A stretch of 64,000 nt of DNA, taken from Eledone cirrhosa (lineage: Eukaryota). The translations under genes and the position numbers were made by a program. Numbering within the stretch: the stretch's first letter is position 1; every line of letters starts with the position of its first letter. The notes below the pieces were generated by a model that saw only the letters and a list, made by a program, of their open reading frames with translations, had not been told where the DNA came from and searched no databases. The stretch spans positions 80,414,001 to 80,478,000 of the forward strand of contig OZ024740.1 in the NCBI GenBank assembly GCA_964016885.1, read 5' to 3'. This document shows, piece after piece, positions 40,006 through 51,880 of the stretch.

Positions 40006-43000
40006 GAAATGTTATAATCAAAAAAGAGGAAAATCGCTACGTGGACAGACAGGCAACTAGTTTCACCACCAACACCACCACCGCCGCCGCCACCATCACC
40101 ACTACCACACAAAAAAATCTCGCCAAGCCAACTGTTACTTCAACTTCTATTTCTACTTCACCTTCAACACCATCACTACAGTACTACTATCACATCACCA
40201 CCACCACCACTGCCTCATTATCGCTATCGCCGCTATTCTCTCCCACTATCTCCTGCTAAGTACTACTAGCACATCACCACCACCACCACTGCCTCATTAT
40301 CGCTACCGCCGTTATACTCTCCCACTACCTCCTTCTAAGGCAGAGGAATAGTAGTATTCCCACTAAGTGAGGAAGGTATCAAAAGATAAAAATAGACTGA
40401 TTTGATGACCCGGTCAAAAAATCAAAAAATCAAAAATCAAAATCAAAACAGCATAGCAGCAACGAAAAACGTAAAGAAAAGAAAAACAAACAAACAAACA
40501 AAAAAACTAAGTCAGACATTCAAACATTACATTACAATGAAACTTATGCTTATTTTTAAAAAGTTTTAACCAATTTATTTGTTTATTTATTTATGTTCAT
40601 TAATCAGTGTGATAGTGCCACACTAAAATCACCGGGGTGATGAAATCACCGCTGGTTATGTAACCATACATTCACCAATCCTCGATATAAGTGTTTAAAT
40701 TTCGAACCTAAACAGTTCGAATAACGGTGAAGTGGAGACTGGACTGTCATGTGACAGACTCTCACCCAGCAGGTGCTGCCTGGCCCAGCAGCAGGGACCT
40801 GGCTGTCATCCAAATACTGCTGGTGTTGGAGGAAGAAGAAGGAAAGGGACCAGAACCAACTGGACGAAAGAATTGAATAGAACTGTTATGCAATGTTACC
40901 TGAAGAGTAACCCCAAGGTAAAAGGCTATAGCAAACGGATGCATAGCATCTGGAACGAGATTGGTCTATTTAAATTAAATGAACAAAAATTGGCCGGACA
41001 GGCTCGGGTAATAAGAACTAATGGGTGGATAAGCGAGCTGGAACTGGAGGAACTTAGCAGAGATTAGATTGAAAATGGAGGTGGAGTATGCCAGGCAAAC
41101 GAGCCAGTGGGAGATGAAGGTGAAGAGGTTGAGGGAACGGAGGAAGCATCCGAAGCAGACAATGATCTGAATGCAGAAATAAATAATATCTGGAACAAAG
41201 ATACGGCCATTGAGGAAATGAATGCTAACGGGCTAGGACAAGATTTGGTTGATATCCTAAACTTAGTGGTAGATGAAATGAACAATGATAGTGGGAAACC
41301 TATGAACCTAAGATTTGTAGACAGGAAAAAGTTAAAAGAAACAACAGCTAAGGTAAACAAAGTCATCCCATACCTTGAGGCGAGGAACCTTCACCAGTGC
41401 AACAATATCCTAAAAGCTGCAGCAAATGCGGCGAGGAAATTACTTGGCATAAAAGCGAGAGGAAACAATAAACAAGAAAGATCAGAACCTTGGTGGAAGA
41501 AACGACTGAATGGTCAAATCAGGGAAATGAGAAATGACATTGGAAAGCTTGAGTCCCTACTGAATGGGACACTACAAAACATAGACACTAAAATAGACTG
41601 GAAATAAAGTACAAAACTAGGAGGAAAAAGCTAAATATTATCATAGAGGAACTGAAGCAACGCATTGTAGCAAAAAGTGCAAAGATTAGGCGGTATGAAA
41701 GCAGAGTCAATCAGTACAGACAGAACCGCATATTTGACAACAGCCAGAAGATGTTGTTTGGACAGCTTGAAGGGACCGAAAGAGGCAACGACTTGATGCC
41801 GGAGGCGGAACAGACTAAGACATTCTGGAGAGGAATATGGGAGCAGGATGTTGAATATAATAGTCAGGAAGTGTGGATTGAGACAGTACAAAAGGAGATT
41901 AGTGAACACGCACACCAACAAACTGATTTGAGTATCACAGTTGAAACCCTTAAAGCGCAGGCCAAAAAACTAACCAACTGGAAATCACCAGGCGCAGATG
42001 GTGTGCAAGGGTATTGGATTAAAAATGTAACATCCCTCCACCCGAAACTGACAACCATGTTCAATGACTGCTTGATGTCAGGTAAGGTACCAGAGTGGTT
42101 GACAAAAGGTACCACAGTTCTGGTAATGAAAGACCGAATCAAGGGTAATGATGTTACCAACTATAGACCTATCACATGTCTGTCTGTAATGTGGAAACTG
42201 TTAATAAGCATTGTGTCTGAGGAAATCTACCATCACCTCCACACAAACAACTTGTTACCGGACGAACAGAAATGATGCCGAAAGAAGTCCCGTGGTACAA
42301 AAGACCAGTTACTTTTTGATAAGATGGTAATGAGGAATTACAAGAGGAGACAAACCGGTCTTGCCATGGGATGGATAGATTAAAAAAAGGCATTCGACAT
42401 GGTACCTCATTATTGGATAACCAAAAGCCTAGAGATATTAAAGGTGGAAGATAACACCAGACAGTTGTTGAGCAAAAGTATGAAGTCATGGGATACAGAG
42501 TTAACATCGGGTGGAGACTCCTTGGAAGGCGTGAAGATCAAGAGAGGTATCTTCCAGGGAGATAGTTTGTCCCCTCTGCTGTTTGTCCTTGCCCTGATAC
42601 CCCTGACCATTATATTGCGAAAAGCGAGAGCAGGATACAAGTTGGGAAAAGGAGAGCTTACCATCAACTACTTCATGGACGATCTGAAACTCTTTGGGAA
42701 GAGTGAGAAGGAATTGGATGTACTTATTGACACTGTCCGTATTTTCAGCAATGATATATGTATGCAATTTGGTGTTAATAAGTGTGGAGTCCTAGTGATG
42801 AAGAGGGGTAAATTGAGCAGAAGCAACAGAATCCAGGTACCAGAGGTGATATGATAAAGGAAATTGACACTGAAGAGGGATACAAATATTTAGGTGTTCT
42901 GGAGGCAGATGAAATCAAGAACAAAAAAATGAAGGAATTAATAAGATCATAATAAGTACATAAGGAGAGTAAGGAGCGTACTAACATCACATCTAAATAG

Positions 43001-44193
43001 TAGGAATGTCATAAGTGCAGTAAATACCCGAGCTGTGTCTATTATTTGGTACATTGCGGGAATTCTGAAATGGAGTGTTGCTGAACAAAAAGAAATGGAT
43101 AGGAAGACTAGGAAGCTATTGACTATGTACAGCATGTTCCACAAGAGGCGTGTTGTCGATAGACTCTACTTAAAGAGATCTGTAGGAAGAAGAGGTCTTA
43201 TCAACATAGAGGACTGTGTTCAGATGGAGAAAAACAACCTGCACAAATATGTGACTGACAGTAGGGAGCCAATGCTCAAAGTTGTACTGAAGGAGAAGAC
43301 AATAGACCAGGCGATGTCCAAGGAGGAAATAACAACGAGGAGGAAGAACAGCCTTCATGAAAAATCCCTTCATAGTACCTTCTTTAAGAAAACGGAATTT
43401 AGAGATCCACAGACATTAAAAGAGAGGAGACCTTAAAAAAGCTACAGGAGGAATGCTAATGGCCGCGAAAGAGCAAGACCTCAGAACGAAGTGGATGACA
43501 CACCATATTGACAAGGAGGAGGCTAGCTCACTGTGTAGGATCTGTGGAGAGAGAGAGGAGACTGTGACTCACATTGTATCCGAGTGTAAACACCTAGCCC
43601 AGACTCACTATAAAGGCTGGAGACAAGATGTGATGGGCAGGGTGATCCACTGTTACCTATGCAAAGTAAACAATTTACCACATTCTGAGAAGTGGTATGA
43701 GCATAAGCCAGAGTCGGTGATAGAAAACGATAAGGTGAAGGTGCTATGGGATTTTAGGATAAGACGGACAAGAAATTAGAACACAATAGGCCTGACCTGG
43801 TGGTTGTGGACTAGGAAAAAAGATCGTGCCTGATTGTAGATGTAGCCTGCCCATTCGACACGAGAGTACAAGAAAAGGAGAAGGAGAAAATTAACCCATA
43901 CCAGGATTTAAAGTGGGAGTTAAAAACGATTTGGAACTACCATGAAATCAAGGTCGTCCCGATTGTCATAGGCGCACTAGGTACTATCTCAAAGAGTTTC
44001 CAAGGATGGTTAAAGAAGATTAGTCCAGCCCCGCTTTTTGGACTACTTCAAAAGGCATGCTTGCTGGGAACAGCAAGACCCTCCGATACATCCTAAATAT
44101 CTGAGGCTGAAGGTAGTGGCTTGATATTCATTTCAACAAACTTTCCAGTTAAATAACATCAATGACTGAGACTCAAAGAACAATAATAATAAT
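40006..44193 (+). mobile_element. Full-length but disrupted R4/Dong-type non-LTR retrotransposon (RT + restriction-like endonuclease), (TAA)n tail
   Basis: NWKSPGADG, NYRPITCL, GIFQGDSLSPLLF, FMDDLKL, CRICGEREETVTHIVSEC, KVLWDFRI..RPD..DVACP; ends gaacaataataataat. Confidence 0.9.
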
Positions 44194-44249
44194 ATATATA
44201 TACAATATTACATTATATATATATATATACACACACACACATATATATT

Positions 44250-44865
44250 TATTAGAAAATAGAATAGCTTTCACCGTATTTTTGACTAAAGGAATTTTAG
44301 CCTGATAATGGGGTTTAGAACCCTCAGATAAATGGAAAAAGATGAGTATTGACGTACATGGGAGTCGAACACAGGCCTTTGGTTATCGCGACCACTGTGC
44401 TACCATTACACCAACACATCACCCATCTCTCTCCATTCAAATTAGAAGCTACATTCTTAGCGAGTTTAAATGGCAAGTAAGTATGTTTTGAAATAGTGAG
44501 CAGGTTTGAAATTAGAAAATAGAATAGCTTTCACCGTATTTTTGACTAAAGGAATTTTAGCCTGATAATGGGGTTTAGAACCCTCAGGTAAATGGAAATA
44601 GATTGCCATTTAAACTCGCTAACAATGTAGCTTCTAATTTGAATGGAGATAGTTGGGTGATGTGTTGGCGTAATGGTAGCACAGTGGTCGCGATAACCAA
44701 AGATGTGGGTTCGACTCCCATGTACATCAATACTCATCTTTTTCCATTTATCTGAGGCTTCTAAACCCCATTATCAGGTTAAAATTCCTTTAGTCAAAAA
44801 TACGGTGAAAGCTATTCTATTTTCTAATTTCAAACCTGCTCACTGTTTCAAAACATACTTACTTG
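44250..44865. mobile_element. 260-bp unit, ~1.35 tandem copies plus one inverted copy, in (TA)n; contains a tRNA-like sequence
   Basis: attagaaaatagaatagctttcaccg at 44251 and 44511; 44604-44863 is the reverse complement of the unit. Confidence 0.85.
44659..44729 (+). tRNA. tRNA-like pseudogene/SINE head (mirror copy 44350-44420 on minus strand)
   Basis: Acceptor gatgtgt/gtacatc, A-box tggcgtaatgg, anticodon arm tggt-cgcgata-acca (no U33), T-arm gtggg-ttcgact-cccat, TTTTT about 10 nt downstream. Confidence 0.6.
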
Positions 44866-44890
44866 ATATATATATATATATTATATATTA

Positions 44891-45075
44891 GCGGTGGATT
44901 GGCAGTATCAGTAGAGGGTCGGACGCCATGCTTTCCAGCATAGTTACGTCCCTTTACGATCTGAGTTCAAATCCCGCCGAGGTTGACTTTGCCTTTCATC
45001 CTTACGGGGTCGATAAAATAAAGTACCAGTAATGCACTGGGTAATTGCTGGCCTTGTGCCTAAAGTAGAAACAAT
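44891..45075 (+). mobile_element. tRNA-derived SINE (best-preserved copy)
   Basis: gcggtggattggcag..gagttcaaatcccgccgaggttgactttgcctttcatccttacggggtcgataaaataaagtaccagt..ggccttgtgcctaaagtagaaac. Confidence 0.87.
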
Positions 45076-45569
45076 TATATATTAATGCAGACCATGACTA
45101 CATTCATTTTTTTAAACATTAATGCTGGAAGCCAGAGAAATACTGAAGCAGATTGTTGATTTTAAAAAAATAAAAGAACAAACACACACAAATAAAAATC
45201 AACAGAAAATATAACCATAAATAAGAAAATTGAATGATAATAGTGGTTTCGATTATATGTGCTGGATTGTGAGATGGATTTTTAAAGAGCAAAGTTTAGT
45301 GATAAAATAACACATCTCATTAATTTGATGCAATTCAAAGTGTGGTATGAATGTAATAACATTTCTAAACAGAAGCATTGATGTTTTTTTCCCCTTTAGG
45401 CAGTTTCTAGTGTCGAGTGTAATCTCATTTACTTATTTATATAATATAACTATTGAATATAGACGTGTTCGTGTTACGCACTGATCTTTCTCTTCTAGTA
45501 ATTTAGTTTATTAGCACCTTTTTGAAAGATTCATATTATTTTACTTTTAATATATCTTACTATGTTAAT

Positions 45570-46777
45570 ATTATTATTATTGTTGTTGTTATTCTTGTAG
45601 TCTCAGTCATTGAGGTTATTTAACTGGAAAGTTTGTTGAAATGAATATCAAGCCACTACCATCAGCCTCAGATATTTAGGATGTATCGGAAGGTTCTTGC
45701 TGTTCCCAGCAAGCATGCCTTTTGTAGTGTTCCAAAAAGCGGGGCTGGACTAATCTTCTTTAACCATCCATGGAAACTCTTTGAGATAGTACCTAGTGCT
45801 TCTATGATAATCGGGACGCCTTGATTTCATGGCAGTTCTAAATCATTTTTAACTCCCACTTTAAATCCTGGTTTCGGTTAATTTTCTCCTTCTCCTTCTC
45901 TTGCACTCTTGTGTCAAATGGGCAGGCTACATCTATAATCAGGCACAATCTTTTTTCCTTTTCCAAAACTACCAGGTCAAGCCTATTGTGTTCTAATTTT
46001 TTGTCCGTCTGTATCCTAAAATCCCACAGCACCTTCACCTGATCGTTTTCTATCACCGACTCTGGCTTATGCTCATACCACTTCTCAGAATGGGGTAAAT
46101 TGTTTACTTTGCATAGATGCCAGTGGATCACCCTGCCCATCACATCATGTCTCCAGCCCTTATAGTGAGTCTGGGCTAGGTGTTTACACTCGGATACAAT
46201 GTGAGACACAGTCTACTCTCTCTCTCCACAGATCCTACACAGTGAGTTAGCCTCCTCCTTGTCAATATGGTGTTTCACCCACTTCGTTCTGAGGGCCCGC
46301 TCTTTCGCAGCCATTAGCATTCCTTCTGTACCTTTTTTAAGGTCTCCTGTCTTTTTAACCAGTTCCATGTCTGTGGATCTCTAAATTCCTTTTTCTTAAA
46401 GAAGGTGCTATTAAGGGATTTCTCATGAAGGCTGCTGTACCTCCTTGTTGTTATTTCCTCCTTGGACATCCCCTGGTCTATTGTCTTCTCTTTCAGTACA
46501 ATGTTGAGCATTGGCTCCCTACTGTCAGTCACATATTTGTGCAGGTTGTTTTTCTCCATCTGAACATAGTCCTCTATGCTGATAAGACCTCTTCCACCTT
46601 CAGATCTCTTTAAGTAGAGTCTATCGACATCACTCCTCTTATGGAACATGTTGTAGATAGTCAATAGCTTCCTACTTTTCCTATCCATTTCTTTTTGTTC
46701 AGCAACATTCCATTTCAGAATTCCCGCGCTGTACCTAATAATAGACGCAGCTCGGGAATTTACAGCACTTATGACAT
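45570..46777 (-). mobile_element. 5'-truncated R4/Dong-type copy
   Basis: ORFs 46314..46688 and 45838..46209 (RHD, RLE motifs); (TAA)n tail. Confidence 0.9.
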
Positions 46778-47628
46778 TATTATGATTATTATTATTGTTC
46801 TTTGAGTCTCAGTCATTTATGTTATTTAACTGGAAGGTTTGTTGAAATTAATATCAAGCGACTACCTTCAACCTCAGATATTCAGGACGTATCGGAGGGT
46901 TCTTGCTGTTCCCAGAAAGCATGCCTTTTGAAGTGTTCCAAAAAGCGGGGCGGTACCAATTTTCTTTAACCATCCTTGGAAACTCTTTGATATAATTCCT
47001 AGTGCGCCTATGACAATCGGGAGCACTTTGACTTCATGGTAGATCCAAATCTTTTTTACCTCTCACTTTAAGTCCTGGTATCGGTTAATTTTCTCCGTCT
47101 TGCACTCTTGTGTCGAATGGGCAGGCTACATCCACAATCAGGCACGATCTTTTTCCCTTGTCCAAAACCACCAGGTCAGGTCTATTGTGTGACAGTTTCT
47201 TGTCCGTCTGTATCCTAAAATCCCACAGCACCTTCACCTGATCGTTTTCTATCACCGAATCTGGCTTATTCTCATACCACTTCTCAGAATGTGGTAAATT
47301 GTTTACTTTGCATAGGTGACAGTGGATCACTCTGCCCATCACATCTTGTCTCCAGCCTTTATAGTGAGTCTTGGCTAGGTGTTTAAACTCGGATACAATG
47401 TGAGCCATAGTCTTCTCTCTCTCTCCACAGATCCTACACAGTGGGTTAGCCTCCTCCTTGTAAATATGGTGTTTCAGCCACTTCCTTTTGAGGGCCCGCT
47501 CTTGCGCAGCCATTAGCATTCCTTCTGTAGCCTTTTTAAGGTCTTATCTTTTCAACCAGTTCCATGTCTGTGGATCTCTGAATTCATTTTTCTCAAAGAA
47601 GGTACCATGAAGGGATTTTTCATGAAGT
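46778..47628 (-). mobile_element. 5'-truncated R4/Dong-type copy, tandem
   Basis: ORF 47085..47519 (CRIC..H, NRPDLVV..DVACP); (TAA)n tail. Confidence 0.9.
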
Positions 47629-47629
47629 T

Positions 47630-50600
47630 TTATTATTATTATTATTATTATTGTTCTTTGAGTCTCAGTCATTGATGTTAGTTAACTGGAAAGTTTGTTG
47701 AAATGAGTATCAAGCCACTACCTGCAGCCTCAGATATTCAGGACGTATCGGAGGGTTCTTGCTGTTCCCAGCAAGCATGCCTTTTGAAGCGTTCCATAAA
47801 GCGTGGTGGGGCCAATTTTCTTTAACCAGCCCTGGAAACTTTTTGAGATAGTACCTAGTGCGCCTATGACAATCGGGAGCACTTTGACTTCATGGTAGTT
47901 CCAAATCCTTTTTACCTCTCACTTTAAGTCCTGTTATCGGTTAAGTTTCTCCGTCTTGCACTCTTGTGTCGAATAGGCAGGCTACATCCACAATCAGGCA
48001 CGTTCTTTTTTCCTTGTCCAAAACCACCAGGTCAGGTCTATTGTGTTCCAGTTTCTTGTCCGTCTGTATCCTAAAATCCCACAGCACCTTCACCTGATCG
48101 TTTTCTATCACCGCCTCTGGCTTATGCTCATACCACTTCTCAGAATGTGGTAAATTGTTTACTTTGCATAGGTGCCAGTGGATCACCCTGCCCATCACAT
48201 CTTGTCTCCAGCCCTTATAGTGAGTCTAGGCTAGGTGTTTACATTCGGATACAATGTGAGCCACAGTCTCCTCTTTCCCTCCACAGATCCTGCACAGTGG
48301 GCTAGCCTCCTCCTTGTAAATATGGTGTTTCAACCACTTCGTTTTGAAGCCCTGCTCTTGCGCAGCCATTAGCATTCCTTCTGTAGCCTTTATAAGGTCT
48401 CCTCTTTTCAACCAGTTCCATGTCTGTGGATCTCTGAATTCAGTTTTCTCAAAGAAGGTACTATGAAGGGATTTTTCATGAAGACTGCTCTTTCTCCTTG
48501 TTGTTATTTCCTCCTTGGACACCCCCTAGTCTATTGTTCTCTCCTTCAGTACAATTCTGAGCATTGGCTCCTTACTATCAGTCACATATTTGTGTAGGTT
48601 GTTTTTCTCCATCTGAACACAGTCCTCTATGCTGATAAGACCTCTTCCGCCTTCAGATCTCCTTAAACAGAGTCTATCGACATCACTCCTCTTGTGGAAC
48701 ATGTTGTAGATAGTCAATAGCTTCCTAGTCTTCCTATCCATTTCTTTTTGTTCAGCAACATTCCATCTCAGAATTCCCGCACTATACCTAATAATAGACA
48801 CAGCTCGGGAATTTACTGCACTTATGGCATTCCTACTGTTCAGATGTGACTTTAATAAGCTCCTTATTCTCCGAATGTATTAAGATCTTATCAATTCCAT
48901 CATTTTTTTGTTCTTGATGTCTTCAGCCTCCAGAACACCCAAATACTTGTATCCTTCTTCAGTGTCAATTTCCTTTATCATCTCACCTGTTGGTACCTGG
49001 ATTCCGTTGCTTCTGCTCAATTTACCCCTCTTCATCACAAGGACTCCACACTTACTAATACCAAATTGCATACATATATCATTGCTGAAAATACGGACAG
49101 TGTCAACAAGCACATCCATCACCTTTTCTCTCTTCCCGAAGAGTTTAAGATCGTCCATGAAGAGGAGGTGATTCGTGGTAAGCTTTCCTTTTCCCAACTT
49201 GTATCCTGCTCTCACTTTTCGCAATATAATGGTCAGGGCATCAGGGCAAGGACAAACAACAGAGGGGCAGACTAACTCCCTGGAAGATACCTCTCTTGAT
49301 CTTCACGCCTCCCAAGGATTCTCCAGCTGATGTTAACTCTGTTTTCCAGGACTTCATACTTTTGCCCAACAAATGTCTGATGTTATCTGCCACCTTGAAG
49401 ATCCCTAGGATTTTGGTGATCCAAGAATGAGGCACCATGTCAAATGCCTTTTTGTAGTCTATCCATCCCATGCAAGACCAGTGTGTCTCCTCTTGCAATT
49501 CCTCATTACCATCTTATCAATAAGTAACTGGTCCTTTGTACCACGGGACTTCTTTCGGCATCCTTTCTGTTCGTCCGGTAACAAGTTGTTTGTGTGGAGG
49601 TGATGGTAGATTTCCTCAGACATAATGCTTATCAACAGTTTCCACATTACGGACAGACATGTGGTAGGTCTATAGTTGGTAACATCATTACCCTTGATTC
49701 GGTCTTTCATTACCAGAACTGTGGTACCTTTTGTCAACCACTCTGGTACCTCACCTGACATCAAGCAGTCATTGAACATGGTTGTCAGTTTCGGGTGGAG
49801 GGATGTTATATTTTTAATCCAATACCCCTGCACACCATCTTGGCCTGGTGATTTCCAGTTGGTTAGTTTTTTGGCCTGCCCCTTAAGAATTTCAACTGTG
49901 ATACTCAAATCAGTTTGTTGGTGTGCCTGTTCACTAATCTTCTTTTGTACAGTCTCAATCCACACTGCCTGGTCATTATGTTTAACATCCTGCTCCCATA
50001 TTCCTCTCCAGAATGTCTTAAATTGTTCCGTCTCAGGCATCACGTCGTTGCCTCTTTCTTTCCCTTCAAGCTGTCCAAATAGCATCTTCTGGTTGTTGTG
50101 AAACATGCGTTTCTGTCTATACTGACTGATTCTGCTCTCGTATCGCCTAATCTTTGCACTCTTTGCTACAATGCGTTGCTTCAGTTCTTCTATGATAATA
50201 TTTAGCTTTTTCCTCCTAGTTTTGTACTTTATTTCCAGTCTATTATTAGTGTCTATGTTTTTTAGTGTCCCATTCAATAGGGACTCAAGCTTTCCAATGT
50301 CATTTCACATTTCCCTGATTTGACCATTCAGTCGTTTCTTCCACCAAGGCTCTTATCTTTCTTGTTTGTTGTTTCCTCTCGCTTTTATGCCAAGTAATTT
50401 CCTCACCGCATTTGCTGTCGCTTTGAGGATATTGTTGCACTGGTGAAGGCTCCTCGCTTCAAGGTATGGGATGACTTTGTTTATCTTAGCTGTTGTTTCT
50501 TTTAACTTTTTCTTGTCTACAAATCTTAGGTTCATATGCTTCCCACTATCATTGTTCAATTCATCTACCACTAAGTTTAGGATATCAACCAAATCTTGTC

Positions 50601-51788
50601 CTAGCCCATCAGCATTCATCTCCTCAATGGCCGTATCTCTGTTCCAGGTATTATTTATTTCAGCATTCAGATCATTGTCTGCTTCGGATGGTTCCTCCGT
50701 TCTCTCAACCTCTTCACCTTCATTTCCCACTGGCTCGTTTGCCTGGCATACTCCACTCTCTATTTCCAACCTAATCTCTCTGCTCAGTTCCTCCAGTTCC
50801 AGCTCGCTTATCCACCCATTAGTTCTTATTACCCGAGCCTGCCCGGCCAATTTTTGTTCATCTAATTTAAATAGACGAATCTCGTTCCAGATGTTATGCA
50901 TCCGTTTCCTATAGCCTTTCACCTTGGTGTTACTCTTCAAGTACCATTGCATAACAGTTCTATTCAATTCTTTCGTCCATTTGGTTCTGGTCCCTTTCTT
51001 TCTTCTTCTTCTTCTTCTTCCGACACCAGCAGTATTTGGTTGACAGCCAGGTCCTTGCTGCTGAGCCAGGGAGCACCTGCTGGGTGAGAGTCTGTCACAT
51101 GACATTCTAGTCTCCACTTCACCTGTTTAGGTTCGACATTTAAACACTCTTATCGAGGATTGGTGAATGTATGGTTACATAACCACCGGTGATTTCATCA
51201 CACCCGGTGATTTTAGTGTTGCACTATCCTCACGTTGTAGACGAACATAAATAAACAAACAAACAAATAGGTAAAAAAAAACCCAAAAAGAATAAGTATA
51301 AGTTTCATTGTAATGTAATGTTTGAATGTCTGACTTAGTTTTTTTCTCTTTTCTTTTCCTTCTCTGTCTGTCTGTTTGTTTTTCTTTTCATTTTTCTTTT
51401 CTTTACGTTTTTCGTTGTTGCTGTGCTGTCTTGATTTTGATTTGGGGTTTTTTGATTTTTTGACCGGGTCATCAAATCAGTTTATTTATATCTTTTGATG
51501 CCTTCCTTTTTTAGTGGGGACACTATGATGCATGTCTTAGCAGGAGGTAGTGGGAGAGAATAGCGGCGGTAGGGATAATGAGGCAGTGGTGGTGGTGGTG
51601 GTGATGTGATCATAGTACTGTAGTAATGGTGTTGAAGTTGAAGTAGAAATAGAAGTTTAGGTAACTTGACTATAGATTTTGGCGTGATAGTGGTGATGGT
51701 GACGGTGGTGGTGTTGGTGGTGAAATTATTTGCCTGTCTGTCCTCTTAGCCATTTTGCCATTTTCCTCTTTTTCGACTATAACATTTC
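47630..51788 (-). mobile_element. Full-length disrupted R4/Dong-type copy
   Basis: ORFs from 50353..51117 to 47941..48198 are colinear with the 40006 copy, including the 5' leader; HLLFMDDLKL. Confidence 0.92.
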
Positions 51789-51789
51789 C

Positions 51790-51880
51790 TTACCAGAACT
51801 GTGGTACCTTTTGTCAACCACTCTGGTACCTCACCTGACATCAAGCAGTCATTGAACATGGTTGTCAGTTTCGGGTGGAG
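51790..51880 (-). mobile_element. 90-bp internal Dong RT fragment duplicated from ~49710-49800
   Basis: ttaccagaactgtggtacc..tcgggtggag reads the same as 49710-49800. Confidence 0.85.

Noticed and set aside
44659-44729. Functional tRNA gene
   Set aside because: The anticodon loop lacks U33, the anticodon stem has a mismatch, and it lies within a repeat unit; kept only as tRNA-like.
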